Assembly (NCBI GenBank): GCA_963817895.1
Contig: CAWFQB010000014.1
Location: 713,680-777,679, forward strand
Length of the DNA stretch: 64,000 bases
Direction of reading: 5' to 3'
Origin: an uncultured Chthonomonadaceae bacterium
GTDB lineage: Bacteria; Armatimonadota; Chthonomonadetes; Chthonomonadales; Chthonomonadaceae
Shown: positions 38,905 through 51,197 of the stretch, piece after piece
Position numbering within the stretch: the stretch's first letter is position 1
Layout: every line of letters starts with the position of its first letter
Translations under genes and position numbers: made by a program
Notes under the pieces: generated by a model
What the model saw: the letters and a program-made list of their open reading frames with translations, nothing else
Told to the model about the DNA's origin: nothing
Databases searched by the model: none

Positions 38905-41698
38905 ATGACTGTAGATACGATTGCCGTATTGACAGGTGGGGTTGGCCTGATCGCGTTTCTGGCGTGGTTCTTCTTTGGGAAGCGGGAGAGCAAACGCGCC
39001 GAAACAAAGGCCGGGGTTCAGGAAATCACCATACGGGTAGAAGGAACCTATCAGCCCGATCACATACAGGTACAGGCCAGGGTTCCGGTACGCTTGAAGT
39101 TCGACCGTCAGGAAACAGTAGGATGTTCAGAGCGGGTCGTATTCCCTGATTTTCAGATCAACCGGGAACTGCCTGCCTTTCAAACCACAACCGTAGAGTT
39201 TACGCCGGACAAACCCGGCACGTATGCGTTCGCCTGCGGTATGAACATGTACCGAGGCCAACTCATCGTAACTCCGGCGGCGCAGCCCGCCACAGTCAGC
39301 AACGGCAAGACGGATACGCCCACTCCTGCCGTTCCTGCGGGTCAAACGCAACTGTTGCCTGAACGCTGCGACCTGACCATTACAGGGATGCATTGCGCCT
39401 CCTGCGTCGGGCGCGTGGAAAAGGCGATTCAACGAGTGCCGGGGGTTCACGATGTGACCGTGAACCTGCTGGCCGAACGCGCCGCCGTTACCTTCGACCG
39501 GAACCAAACTAGGCCGGAAGACGTGATTACGGCTGTAAACGAGGCGGGCTACAACGCGAGCATGGCGCATCTGGATCATTTTGAACCGACTTCCGATACC
39601 GCGCCGACGCTGCTGACACATCATTCGACCGAAGCGCAGGAACTCAGGCGTCGCTTCCTGATTGCGCTGGCGCTGACAATTCCCGTTCTGGTCATGGGAA
39701 TGGGGCCGCACCTCGGATTGTTTCCGATGCGCTGGACAATGCAGTCCTGGTGGAACTGGGCGCAATTGATTCTGACAACTCCTGTTTTGTTTTGGGCAGG
39801 AAGCGGATTCTTTCGGGGCGCGTGGGCCGCGCTGAAACAGCGGGCAAGCGACATGAACACCCTGATCGTCGTCGGCACATTCGCCGCCTACGCCTATTCG
39901 CTGGCCGTCACGGTTGCGCCTCGCTTCTTTGCTGTGAAAGGCGTGAACAGCGGCGTGTATTTCGAGACGGCAGCCGTGATCATGACGCTGATTCTGATGG
40001 GGCGACTGCTGGAAGCGCGGGCGAAACGCGGCACGGGAACCGCCATTGAAAAACTGATCGGCTTGCAGCCCAAAACGGCGCGGGTTGTCACAAACGGGCA
40101 GGAAGCGGACGTGCCGCTTGCCGAAGTGCGAGTCGGCGATCGTTTGCTGGTGCGTCCCGGCGAGAAAGTGCCGGTTGACGGCGTACTGGTATCCGGGCAA
40201 TCGTGGGTGGACGAGAGTATGCTGACGGGCGAAAGCCTGCCGGTGGAGAAGAAAGAGGGCGCGAACGTGACGGGCGCAACGCTCAATCAGCGCGGCGCGT
40301 TTACGATGGAAGCGCAAACGGGTCGGCAAGCGATACCGTTCTGGCGCAGATCGTGCGACTGGTCGAGCAGGCGCAGGGCAGCCGCGCGCCCATTCAGCGA
40401 CTGGCGGATGTGATTACCGGTTATTTCGTTCCCGTCGTCCTGATGCTCGCCGTCGCTACCTTTGTCGGCTGGTATGCTATTGGGGCCGGAACCGAAGTTT
40501 TCTGCACGCGCTGCTGGCGTTTGTTGCCGTTCTGATTATCGCCTGCCCGTGCGCGTTGGGACTGGCAACGCCAACCGCGATTATGGTGGGAACCGGCAGG
40601 GGGGCGCAGATGGGCGTTCTCATCAAGGACGCCGAAGCGCTGGAAACCCTGCACGGCGTCAAACCGTCGTCCTGGACAAGACCGGAACTATCACTGAAGG
40701 CAAGCCCGCGCTTACAGATATAATTCCTGCGCCGGGAATTACGGAAACCGAACTGCTGCGATTGGCGGCATCAGTCGAGCGCGGCAGCGAACATCCGCTC
40801 GCAAGCGCGATTGTCGCCGCAGCGCAAAATCGGCACATTCAACTATCGGAAGCTACGTGGTTTCAGGCGATTGCCGGACGCGGCGTAGAAGCGCGGCTAG
40901 ACGCCCATGACGTACTGATTGGCAACGTCGCGCTGTTGTGGGAGCGAAACATAGACGCTGCTTTGTTCGCGTCGGAAATGACGCGATTGTCCGGGGAAGG
41001 CAAAACGCCGGTGCTTATGGCGCTGGACGGCAAAGCAATTGGCGTACTTGCGGTTGCCGATCCGATTAAAGCCACAACGCCCGCCGCTATTGCGCGCCTG
41101 AAGGCAATGGGTATAAGGTCGTGATGCTGACGGGCGACAACAAGAACACGGCGGAAGCGGTTGCGCGGCAGGTCGGCATCGATCGCGTGTTGCCGGAAGT
41201 CACTGCCCGCGCGCAAGGCGGAAGAGATTAAGCGATTGCAGTCTGAGGGGCAAGTGGTGGCGATGGTGGGCGACGGCATCAATGACGCGCCCGCGCTGGC
41301 GCAGGCGAATGTCGGCATCGCTATCGGCACGGGAACGGATGTTGCGATTGAAGCGGCGGATGTGGCGCTGATGCGCGGCGACTTGAACGGCGTCGCGGAC
41401 GCGATCGAACTGTCGCGGGCAACCATGCGAAACATTCGGCAGAATCTTGGCTTCGCTTTCGGCTACAATATCGCTGGGCATTCCGATTGCGGCGGGCGTT
41501 TTGTACCCGTTCACCGGCTGGCTGCTGTCTCCCATGATCGCATCAGCGGCAATGGCGATGAGCAGCGTATCGGTCGTAACCAACGCGCTGCGCCTGCGCG
41601 GATTTACGCCTTCCGGTTCCAATAATGGTCAGCCCATAGCCGCGCAATCTTCGACAACGAAACCGGTAAATACTCGTAAGGTCAAACAGGCGGCATAG
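38905..41698 (+). CDS. copA: Cu(I) P1B-ATPase with N-terminal TM-cupredoxin and HMA domains (frameshifts)
   Basis: [59 protein letters not shown]. Confidence 0.92.
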
Positions 41699-41791
41699 CT
41701 CGCTTAACGAAGATGCCGCGCGATGCGTGAGGGCGCAAAGAGATTCATCTCGTTGCGTAAAGCCAATTTTTTGTTGCGAAAATTGAGAATT

Positions 41792-43404
41792 ATGGAAAAG
41801 AACACATCCCTGATCGCGGCCATTGATATAGGAACGAACTCGATACGGCTGGCCGTCGTCCGTTCCGAGGGCGGACTGCAATTTACCACGCTCGCGCTGC
41901 ACCGGGAAGTGGTACGTCTGGGCGAAGGCGAATTTGAAACCAATCAGATGACGCCCGAAGCGATTGCGCGGGGAACATTCGTATGCGCCAAATTCGCGCA
42001 GGTGGCGCGGGGGTTCGGGGCGCAGGAGATTGTCGCGTTTGCCACGTCGGCTGTGCGCGAAGCCGAAAACCGCGAGGAGTTTATCCGGCGCGTTCAGGAG
42101 GAAGCGGGCATCGAAGTGCGCGTGATTTCCGGCGTGGAAGAGGCCCGTTTAATCTGGCTTGGCGTGAGCAGCGGCATTGATTTAGGGGAGCGTAAAGCGG
42201 TTCTGATTGACATCGGCGGCGGCAGCACGGAAGTAATCGTAGGACGCGCAAGCAGGTTTGAAACCGCAGGCAGCGCGGCGGATTACGACGTGCTGGAAAG
42301 CATGAAACTCGGCTCTATCCGCATGTCCAACCATTTTCCCACCGACGAGGCCCGGTCAGCCCGGAAGCGTATGAACGGATGCAGGAACACGTTCGCGCCA
42401 TTTCCACGCAGGTCGCGCGGAAAGCGCGGGCGGCAAATTTTGATCTGGCAATGGGCAGCGCGGGAACGATTGGCGCGTTGGCAGAAATCGTCGCCCGTTT
42501 CAGCCCGGACACAACAACCGTACAGGGTCGGAACATCACCTTCCGCCTGAGCGACCTGCGCGAAGCGGTGAAAATGTTGTGCCGGTTGTCCCTCGAAGAG
42601 CGACGCAACGTTCCCGGCATGGACATCAACCGCGCCGACATCATCATTGGCGGCGCGGCGGTCCTGCAAACCGTGATGGAAGCGTTCGGCGCGGAACGCA
42701 TGACAACCAGCGAACGCGGCCTGCGCGACGGCATACTGCTGGATTACCTGTTGCGCGAGGATGAGGCGCGGCAGCATTTTCAGGCTCATTCGGTACGCCG
42801 CCGCAGCATTTTGCAACTGGCCCGCGCCTGCAACTACGACGCGGAACACGCCGAGCATACGTCCTATTTGTGCCTGCGCCTGTTCGACGAACTGGCGCGA
42901 TTGGGAGCGCATCCTTACGGGGAAGCGGAGCGCGAACTGCTCAACTACGCGGCCATCGTGCATGACATAGGGACGTTTTTGTCGCACTCCAACCATCAGA
43001 AACACGCCTATTATCTGACGCGAAATTCCGACCTGCTCGGCTTTGACAACACGGAAATCAACATCATCGCCAATGTCGCGCTATACCATCGCAAGGGTCT
43101 GCCCAAAAAGAAACACCTCAACATGGCGGAACTTACCCGTGACGAGCGGCACATTGTCGGGGCATTGTCCGCCATTCTGCGCATCGCCGAAGGGCTGGAC
43201 AGAAGCCATTTAAGTCTGGTGCAGGACATTCGCCTGGAACGCGCCCACAACCCGGAGCAATATGTGCTGACACTACTCTGCACCTCCGATTGCCAACTGG
43301 AAATATGGGGCGTACAAAACAGCCGTGATCTGTTTGAACTCGTGTTCGCCGCGCCGCTCATCGTCCGCTCTGAAATGCGCGATGCAGCGGCAGTCGCAAT
43401 CTGA
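41792..43404 (+). CDS. ppx: Ppx/GppA exopolyphosphatase with HD domain (frameshift near 42350)
   Basis: AIDIGTNSIR, ATSAVREA, DIGGGSTE, GLRDG, HDIG. Confidence 0.92.
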
Positions 43405-43506
43405 ACCATGATTTCACATGATTTATGTGATTACCATGATTGAGGAAGCGGGTTCCTGCGGGTTCCTCATGTTAATCATCCTAATCATGCCTGATCATGG
43501 TTCAAG
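43402..43506. repeat. Inverted pair of CATGATT-type repeats; single arm also at about 56149-56190
   Basis: tgaaccatgatttcacatgatttatgtgattaccatgat..atcatgcctgatcatggttca. Confidence 0.7.
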
Positions 43507-43508
43507 AC

Positions 43509-43555
43509 AAAAAAGAACCGGGCAGAGGATATATCCTCTGCCCGGTTCTAATTTT
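43509..43555. terminator. Bidirectional terminator
   Basis: aaaaaagaaccgggcagaggat-at-atcctctgcccggttct. Confidence 0.8.
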
Positions 43556-43585
43556 CAGCGCGGCTTTATAACAAGCCGCAACTAA

Positions 43586-43948
43586 CTACCAGCGATTGCC
43601 GCCGCCGCCGCTGTCACGACCGCCGCCGCCACCACCGTAGCCGCCGCCACTGCTGCGACCGCCACCACCGCCGTAGCCACCGCCGCCACTGGAACGATCT
43701 TCACGCGGCTTGGCCTCGTTGACCGTCAGGGTGCGGCCACCCATTTGCGTACCGTTCAGGCTGTTGATAGCCGCCTGAGATTCCGCGTCGGTAGACATTT
43801 CCACGAAGCCGAAGCCTTTGGCTTGGCCCGTGTACTTGTCCGTCACCAGCGTCACGGAAGAGACTGTGCCGGACGGGGTGAACAGGTTCTGCAAATCTTG
43901 TTCGGTCGCGCTGTAGGGCAGTCCGCCCACATAAATACGTGTTGCCAT
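43586..43948 (-). CDS. RRM RNA-binding protein with Gly-rich tail
   Basis: IYVGGL, KGFGFVEM, VNEAKPR. Confidence 0.95.
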   Translation of the reverse strand: MATRIYVGGLPYSATEQDLQNLFTPSGTVSSVTLVTDKYTGQAKGFGFVEMSTDAESQAAINSLNGTQMGGRTLTVNEAKPREDRSSGGGGYGGGGGRSSGGGYGGGGGGRDSGGGGNRW

Positions 43949-44360
43949 TAGGGGTTATCCTGTTTCTCTTTCCCACAGAAATGCTCGGAGGGAAAATGTT
44001 TGGATGTCGCGCCAGACTAAAAGCCGGAGGACACCAGAATTGGGTGAAGCCTGTCAAGAAATCTTCACCATCTGAAACGAGCGCAAGAAAGAGAGAAGGA
44101 ACCGGAAGAAAGTCAACAGAGGAACGGAGCGAAGAACCGTTGCGGGAGCGACATAGATCGGGATGCAATCAAAAATTCGTGTTTTCGTCGTTTAGACAAA
44201 GTTATTGTCGCACACGGTTTGCAATTTGTCAACAACTATTTTCACTTGTTTGCGACTATTTTTACCAGGACGCACAAATGCCGCAGAAAAGCGCGTATTT
44301 GCGTTTGCTCTTCTGCGGCGTGTTCGTTGGTGGCGCGACCTTCGCGTCCATCAGCCTGCA

Positions 44361-44552
44361 CTACTTCTTATCGTCAACCGCGTTCTTCACAGCCTCTTTT
44401 ACTTTGCCGAAACCCTCTTGAATCGCGCCCTCGGCCTGCTTCAGCTTGCCTTTGGCCTCGGTTGCGGGATCATCGGCAACCACGCCGACCACATTCTGCG
44501 CCTTGCCTTCTACCTGCTTCACTTTACCCTCAACCACATCTTCGTTTGTCAT
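44361..44552 (-). CDS. CsbD-family stress protein
   Basis: EGKVKQVEGK..EAKGKLKQAEGAIQEGFGKVKE. Confidence 0.88.
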   Translation of the reverse strand: MTNEDVVEGKVKQVEGKAQNVVGVVADDPATEAKGKLKQAEGAIQEGFGKVKEAVKNAVDDKK

Positions 44553-44773
44553 GTTCGTAGTTCCTTCCTGCCGCGCAAAACGGCAAATACCTGCGCGTAG
44601 GACTTAGGATATAGCGGTGTTTGTTCCCGAATGTGGGTTAGTTGGTGGTTGGTGGTTGGTGTTCTACCAACTGCTGGAAGGCTTGCAGGACGTTGGTAGG
44701 GTTTAGGCGAATAGTGGCAGACATTTCCACTTTGTTGTAATCATTTTTAGACGCGCATACAAGGAGCTATAAA

Positions 44774-45571
44774 ATGCTTAATCGCCAATCATCAAATACC
44801 GAACACCGAACACCGAATACCGAATACCGCCCTACCCTCAACTCTCTTAATCAGCCTATCGGCTTTGCGGTTCCCGACTGGACGCCGCCGTCCCTGCCCT
44901 CGCGGGAACCAATGGAGGGACGCTTTTGCCGCGTGGAAGCGCTGGAATCGGAGCGTCACGCGCGCTCGCTGTTCGACGCCAACGCGCTGGATGCGGAGGG
45001 GCGCAACTGGACATATCTATCCGTCGGGCCATTTGCGGATTTCAACGCCTACCATGCGTGGCTGACTTTCGTTGCGCCGGGAACCGATCCATTGTTTTAT
45101 GCCGTTATTGACAAAGCGTTGAACAGGGCAGTGGGCATTGCAAGTTATCTGCGCATCGCGCCGTCTGCCGGTTCTATTGAGGTTGGACACATCAACTTTT
45201 CGCCTCTATTGCAGCAGAAACCGGCGGCAACGGAAGCCATGTATCTGATGATGCAGCGGGCGTTTGATTTGGGGTATCGGCGTTACGAGTGGAAGTGCGA
45301 CTCGCTCAACGCGCCTTCGCGCAGGGCGGCGCAACGGTTGGGGTTCTCGTATGAGGGGATTTTCCGGCAGGCGTTGGTGTACAAAGGCCGCAACCGGGAC
45401 ACGGCATGGTTCGCCATGCTGGATTGGGAATGGCCGCAATTGCAGGCGGCGTTTCAAACGTGGCTCGATCCCGCCAATTTCGACGCGGACGGCAGGCAGA
45501 AGGTCGCCTTGTCCACGCTGACGGCCCCTATTCTGAAGACAAAGGATGATTTCGCTTCCCCAACGCCCTGA
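44774..45571 (+). CDS. GNAT N-acetyltransferase (RimJ/RimL-like)
   Basis: GYRRYEWKCDSLNAPSRRAAQRLGF, KGRNRDTAW. Confidence 0.9.
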   Translation: MLNRQSSNTEHRTPNTEYRPTLNSLNQPIGFAVPDWTPPSLPSREPMEGRFCRVEALESERHARSLFDANALDAEGRNWTYLSVGPFADFNAYHAWLTFVAPGTDPLFYAVIDKALNRAVGIASYLRIAPSAGSIEVGHINFSPLLQQKPAATEAMYLMMQRAFDLGYRRYEWKCDSLNAPSRRAAQRLGFSYEGIFRQALVYKGRNRDTAWFAMLDWEWPQLQAAFQTWLDPANFDADGRQKVALSTLTAPILKTKDDFASPTP

Positions 45572-45636
45572 TTTATCCTATACCTGCCAACGGTTCGCTT
45601 GCATACTCATGCCGCAAAACAATTACTGAAAGTGAA

Positions 45637-46335
45637 CTATTGTTCGATAAGCCGCACATTCCGCGATGTCGGATTGTTGCGCAAGGCTTCCACTTCCTCC
45701 CGCGTGATGAACCGCGCCCACGCATAATCCGCGAACGCGCCGTGTTTGGGGCCGCTTAAATTCAGTTGGAGGCGCACATGGCTTTTGCCCCCGCGCTTCA
45801 CGTTCGGATTCGGTTGTACAACCGTAAACACGGTTTCCGCCGTATTGCGCGCGCCGGAATTGGCGACCCGATCCGCCGCCAGTTGTTCGGCATTGCCGGG
45901 AACGGGGATGCTGCCCCCGTTTGCAACATCGCGCACATTGGGCGCGGATTTGTCTCGGAACTCGAACACCTCCGCGTCCCAACTGGAACCGCCGTGAAAA
46001 TGGTTGGCGCGGACGGCAAGAACCGGGTAGCGATTCAGGTCTACGTCAAACTCTGTCCACACTCCCGCCCGATAGTGTCCAAACTCCTTGAAAAAGTGCG
46101 ATGTGTTGCCAAGCGTCACCCGCAACGCGCCATTGGAAACGCTCATAATGTCCGTCGCGCCGGGCCGCGTCCACGGCTGCCAGTCGCCCGGCTCGTTGAA
46201 CTCATCATGCCAGCCGACGACAAGCGCGTGACGCTGCGCCCGATGGCGCGTTGTTGTCTGCGCCTGCATCCCTTGCAGGACACACGATATAGCCGAAACC
46301 GCAAGGCAAACCACAATCCCTTTTGATACCTTCAT
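45637..46335 (-). CDS. Secreted hypothetical protein
   Basis: Signal peptide, 232 aa. Confidence 0.6.
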   Translation of the reverse strand: MKVSKGIVVCLAVSAISCVLQGMQAQTTTRHRAQRHALVVGWHDEFNEPGDWQPWTRPGATDIMSVSNGALRVTLGNTSHFFKEFGHYRAGVWTEFDVDLNRYPVLAVRANHFHGGSSWDAEVFEFRDKSAPNVRDVANGGSIPVPGNAEQLAADRVANSGARNTAETVFTVVQPNPNVKRGGKSHVRLQLNLSGPKHGAFADYAWARFITREEVEALRNNPTSRNVRLIEQ

Positions 46336-46420
46336 AACCGTCGTTCCTCATTATATACCAGAACATAGCCTACTTTTAGGAATGCCACTTCAATCCGGCG
46401 TAAGAGCGCTACAAATTACA

Positions 46421-48005
46421 TCACCTCGCGCCTTTGGTATAGAGACGCTCGTCGGCTAAATCTAAACGGTACATGATCTGGTTGTAGTCGTAGCGGGGTG
46501 TGGGCGGGGTGTCGGGATTGCCGGTGAACTGGTTGGTGTACGTACCCTCGAAGTAGATGATGCGCCCGCCCTGCTGGTCGAAAAACGGGTGCTGCGTGGG
46601 GTTGTAAAAGGTATAGCGGTCATGGGTGACGATCTTTTTGGCGCCGCGCCACAGACCTTCGGGGGTTGGGGCTTCGGCGTACCAGATTTCGCCCAGATAG
46701 GAGGTTCCGCCTACCTGCCCGAAAATCATGATCCAGCGTTTGCGGTACTCGTTCCAGTAGACCGAACCGCCCTGCGCTTCCACCTCTTTGCCGGTGTCCA
46801 GATCATGCAGAGCGAACGGCGACTCGTCCGGCTTGATTTTGCCCGCTTTGACAAGGGCGTTTTGCTGCGAGGGAGAAATGGGAGCCGTGTCGCGCTTCCA
46901 TGCCCACACCAATTTGCCATTCGCGTCCCGCTCCAATTTGCTGTCCGCGCCCGCGTAACGGCTGCCCGCCACGAGGGGCGTATAGGCTTCATAACGCGCA
47001 AGCGTTTCCACGTCCGTCAGGGTTGCTTTCACGCGCAGGTTGGGATACGGCGCGGGAAAGTACAGGTAATCTATGCCATCAACGGCATGATGAAACGGAT
47101 GCCCCTGCGGATACAATGGGTTCGCCAGATCGAATGGGGCCAGCCGCTCGAACGTTTGCGTGGCATCATTGAAGCGCATCAGGCCGCGTTCTAAGGGCGT
47201 TCCCAATCCTTTCAAACGCTCGTAGCGGCACAGCAAACGTTTCCTGTCCCGTCGCGTCGGTAACTGTCATCAGGGCATCAATCCAGACTACGCCGGGTTC
47301 GGACAGGGGAGCCATAGCGCGACAAAAGCCTTCAGGATTGACAAAGTATGACAGGTCAATGCCGTTCGCCGGGTCAAGCCCGCCCTTACCCGGCGGCAGT
47401 GAAGTCGCGCCCGATGTGGCGAAATTGCCGAGCGGATAAGAAGGCCGACTCGTATCGCCCCAGAACCAGTACAGTTTGCCTTTATAGAGGATAGATTCTA
47501 CGGTATCCTGCCCCGTCACCTGCCCGTTCAGCACAGGCTTTTCAATCGGTGATGGTTCGCCAAGCAAAACCGTGTCCCGGTAAATGCCCTCGCCCGTAAT
47601 GCGGTACATGCGTTCCGCGATGTTGACGCGCTGCGCTTCCAGGCGGACGCTTGCCCCGGACTTCACATGCAGTTTTGCGCCATGATAGCCGAAAGCATCG
47701 GCGGGAAACGTGTAGCCGTGACTTTGCGCATGAAAGAACACGTCCGTATCCATCAAACCCGGTTCATAAAACGCGACCACGCCCCGGCTGTCGGTCACAT
47801 AATGCACATTGGCGGTTGTGCGCAAATCCACGAGGGGTACGCCCCGCCCCGTCTGCTTGTCCACCACCGTTATTTTGAAATACCGCGTTACTTCGTCCTC
47901 AGTTCGGGCCGATGCTACCCTATCAAAAATCGAAAAGGCGATCAACAGACAGATAAATAAAAAATTGCGCAGGCACATGAAAGCATCCTTGTACAGCATA
48001 AGCAA
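46421..48005 (-). CDS. Secreted hypothetical protein, possible beta-propeller/glycan-active (frameshift near 47240)
   Basis: Two ORFs join; LYWFWGDT, YTFYNP, IYFEGTY. Confidence 0.6.
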
Positions 48006-48027
48006 GTCAAGTTGAGAACAATACCGC

Positions 48028-48924
48028 TTATTGTACCCGATGCGCCTTCATGCCTTTGGCGTTTGTGAGGGCTTCCTGCCAGCGCCGTTTCCACTCCTCA
48101 TAATTCGTCAGGACGGTTTCCGGGTGTTGGCGGCTGCGAACTACGAAGTCGGGGTGAAACGGTCTGCCGGTGGGCTGTCCGGTCGGCTGAAAGCGCAGGT
48201 CTACGCTCCAACGGACGTGATCGCTGTAGTTGGGCGTGGAACGGTGCGGCGTGTAGCGGTGCATGAACACGATGCCGCCCTTTGGCACAGGCACGGCGCG
48301 GGGTTCGGAGTGGGGCAACAGATCGGGGCGTATTGTCGTGCCGCCCTCTGCCTGATGCGTTAAATACCCCTGTTTCCATACGTCCGGCATGACCTCCATG
48401 CAGCCGTTTTCTACCGTCGCGTCTACAAGCGGCAACCAGCAGGTCACAATATCGGAAGCGTCGGCCTCTTCCCACGTCACGCCCGCGTCCTGATGCCACG
48501 GGACGTTGTAAAACCCCGCGCCCTCCCCCGCGTATTTTGACGGCGGCTTGGCGCGGATGTGCTGAATGGGATTGCAGGTGATTTCCGGCCCGATAAGCGA
48601 TTCAACCGCGTCCAGCAGATGCGGGTTGCGCAGGAACTCAAAGGTTGCCGGTCCAAGCACGGTCATTATGTCCATGCCGCTCAAAATATCCGGCGACTGC
48701 GCGTACAGCAGGGCAGTACGTTGCGCGAACGGCGCATTTTCATGTAAATCGGTAATCTTGCTTTCATCGAGAAGCCGTTGCGCCCGCGCGTCAATCCAAT
48801 TCGCGTACTCCGCAATCACGGGCGTCAAATCCGCGTCGTTCAACACGCCCTCCGCCACCAATACGCCCTCCTCCCGAAACCGGCGAACCTGTTCCGCGCT
48901 CAACCCTGAGACGGTCGCTGTCAT
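48028..48924 (-). CDS. Phytanoyl-CoA dioxygenase family Fe(II)/2OG oxygenase
   Basis: PWHQD, WLPLVDATVENGC, HRSTPNYSDHVRWS. Confidence 0.9.
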   Translation of the reverse strand: MTATVSGLSAEQVRRFREEGVLVAEGVLNDADLTPVIAEYANWIDARAQRLLDESKITDLHENAPFAQRTALLYAQSPDILSGMDIMTVLGPATFEFLRNPHLLDAVESLIGPEITCNPIQHIRAKPPSKYAGEGAGFYNVPWHQDAGVTWEEADASDIVTCWLPLVDATVENGCMEVMPDVWKQGYLTHQAEGGTTIRPDLLPHSEPRAVPVPKGGIVFMHRYTPHRSTPNYSDHVRWSVDLRFQPTGQPTGRPFHPDFVVRSRQHPETVLTNYEEWKRRWQEALTNAKGMKAHRVQ

Positions 48925-49009
48925 TCCTTACCTCCCGCGATGTTACAGATGATTTTAGCCGCGAATACACGCGAATTCACGCAAATAAATGCAGAAGAAT
49001 ATACGAGGG

Positions 49010-50296
49010 CTATTTAGCCTTTAGCGGAATTTCTGCCGCCAGTGGCCGCTGGCCGCGCAGCATTTTTGCGCCCTCGCCAACCAGACGCAAATACCAATCT
49101 GACGGCAGGTTTTCGTATCCGACAAAATGCGCCTGCGTGGGCGGGTGACTCGTCACCTTATAGATCGCCGTACCCTCATCCACCTCATCGAACATGGCGA
49201 CATAGGCGGAATGAACCCCCATTTTCGCCAGTTCGTGAAACTGCTCCCACAAAAACTGCCCGCCGCGCCGCGCAATCAGCGTTGTTCCTGTTGGTTTGCG
49301 CTGTAGATTATCCCAACTGAAGCCGGGATAAATGACCGGCAGCCAGATTTCGCCGCGCTGTTCGCAGTCGCGCTTATCCTCGGCCCAATAGCCCGTACTC
49401 GCGTGTTGCGCGCCCGCCGCGTCTGTAGAGTAGTTGCCGACGTTCCACGGCGCGTAGGCGTCGAAACGGCGGACAAACTTTTGCCATTCGGGGTTGGGAT
49501 TATGCCGCCAGTTCCAGTCGCCGCCCCCAAGCAGAAACGCCGCGTAACGCCCCGGCGTTTTGAAAAAGTCTATCAAACGGTTCGCCAGTTCGGGCGTCAT
49601 GGCGTTGTTCGGGTCGTTCGGGAAGAAGCCCCAGATATTGACGACGGGTTTCCGGTTCTGATGCAGGTAGCGCCTATCACCTGTTACGCCCGTATCCACC
49701 ATGCGTTTCCAGTCGGCAGTCAGCGCGTCGTAAATGCGGTCGTTGGGCATCCCGGCAATGTCGTAAGATAATGCCCACGCCCGCCCGGTTTGGATTGCCG
49801 CCGCCCGAACGTGGTTTAACACCTTCAAGCGAGACGGGTAGCGAACCGCATCGCGTCCGCCGGGTAAATCCACCACAAAATGCTGCAGCCATGCGCCGTC
49901 AATGCCGTAATCGCGCATCCACTCGAAATGCCGCAAAACGGTTCGGGCGTTGTCCGCGCTGTATAGTTCTGCGGGTTTGCCATCAGGATACGTGAAGCCG
50001 GGCGCGGCAAACCGTTCAGCCGGAGTGTATTCGCTGACATCGGGCCACATCTCAAACGTCAGGGTTTCCGGCGTGATCTGTTTTGAATCGCGACTCCAGT
50101 GTATCCAGCCCATATTGGCCGCGTCACCGGGACACCGAAACCAGCCCTGATAGCCGCACATCACCTTACCGTTCAAAGTATTCGCATCCACGACACTGGT
50201 CGTCTGACCATGAGCCTGATTGCCTGTCAGAGTCATCCAAACCGCCAGCAGCAGTATCAAGCGATGGCATGAGCGATAAGACGCGGTAGGTAACAA
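49010..50296 (-). CDS. Glycoside hydrolase family 71/99-like protein
   Basis: VMCGYQGWF, WMRDYGIDG, PGFSWDN, AMFDEVDEGTAI. Confidence 0.8.
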   Translation of the reverse strand: MLPTASYRSCHRLILLLAVWMTLTGNQAHGQTTSVVDANTLNGKVMCGYQGWFRCPGDAANMGWIHWSRDSKQITPETLTFEMWPDVSEYTPAERFAAPGFTYPDGKPAELYSADNARTVLRHFEWMRDYGIDGAWLQHFVVDLPGGRDAVRYPSRLKVLNHVRAAAIQTGRAWALSYDIAGMPNDRIYDALTADWKRMVDTGVTGDRRYLHQNRKPVVNIWGFFPNDPNNAMTPELANRLIDFFKTPGRYAAFLLGGGDWNWRHNPNPEWQKFVRRFDAYAPWNVGNYSTDAAGAQHASTGYWAEDKRDCEQRGEIWLPVIYPGFSWDNLQRKPTGTTLIARRGGQFLWEQFHELAKMGVHSAYVAMFDEVDEGTAIYKVTSHPPTQAHFVGYENLPSDWYLRLVGEGAKMLRGQRPLAAEIPLKAK

Positions 50297-50311
50297 GATC
50301 GTACTCCGGGT

Positions 50312-51196
50312 TCAAAGGCAGAGAGTCAGCGTTGCATCCAACGACAAAGCGAGAACAGCAGCCGCGTTGCCGTCGCGAACGGCGATTTCCAGACGCCCGC
50401 TGCTGCCCCAGTACGCGAGGAGTTCACCGGGCGCGGCATCGGCAAATGTCCGCGCAATGCCCTGCCAACTCCGGCTGCCCGCCTGTATTCGCGCGTTCGC
50501 GTCTGCGGCTGCCATTTCAACTTCGGCGGTGACAATGCCTTTATTCGCTGAAAAACTTTTTCGCCGTTCGCGCCAGAAGCCGCGTTCCAGATTGGTGATC
50601 AGGTTGCCGAAACGATCCGCGTACAGAACGCGCAGGCGCAGGCAGGCAGAACCGTTCGCGTCCTGCCCGCTTTCCGGCAGGGACAAAGGCAATCTCACCA
50701 GCGTGTCCGGCGCAATTGCCTCGCCCAACGCTTCCGGTTCCAGCCCGTTCGCCAGATGCGCGGCAATGGGCGCGAACACATCCCTGCCGTGAAAGGTCGC
50801 GCTGACGTTGGGAAGGCAATACGTCTGCGCCTTTTCCGTCAGGCGAACGGCGCGAATCACCTTCGAGCGGCGCAGGGGCATTGTCAACACGCCATTATCC
50901 GGCGCGATAAACAACGCCTGGTCCGTTTCCACCACGCAGGCCGCCCGATTGCTGCCCACGCCGGGGTCTACCACAACCAGATGAACGGTTCCGGGCGGAA
51001 AGTAGTCTATCGCCGCTTCCAATCGCGCGCTTGCTTCCAGTACGTTTTGGGGCGCAATGTCGTGCGTCAAATCCACAAGGCGCGCGTTCGGCGCAAGGGA
51101 GTAGAGTATGCCCTTCATCACGCCGACATAGGTATCCATAAGCCCGAAGTCGGTTGTGAGCGTAATCAGGGGCGGCTGTAAATACGGATTTCTCAT
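50312..51196 (-). CDS. SAM hydroxide adenosyltransferase (DUF62; chlorinase/fluorinase family)
   Basis: TLTTDFG, VVDPGVGS, APDNG, SATFHGRDVFAP, DRFGN. Confidence 0.92.
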   Translation of the reverse strand: MRNPYLQPPLITLTTDFGLMDTYVGVMKGILYSLAPNARLVDLTHDIAPQNVLEASARLEAAIDYFPPGTVHLVVVDPGVGSNRAACVVETDQALFIAPDNGVLTMPLRRSKVIRAVRLTEKAQTYCLPNVSATFHGRDVFAPIAAHLANGLEPEALGEAIAPDTLVRLPLSLPESGQDANGSACLRLRVLYADRFGNLITNLERGFWRERRKSFSANKGIVTAEVEMAAADANARIQAGSRSWQGIARTFADAAPGELLAYWGSSGRLEIAVRDGNAAAVLALSLDATLTLCL

Positions 51197-51197
51197 T

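Noticed and set aside
10275..43404. ppk2 and ppx as a polyphosphate system
   Set aside because: They are 30 kb apart with unrelated genes between them.
50312..51196. True fluorinase or chlorinase
   Set aside because: It has the common DUF62 hydrolase signature (SATFHGRD) and no halometabolite gene context.
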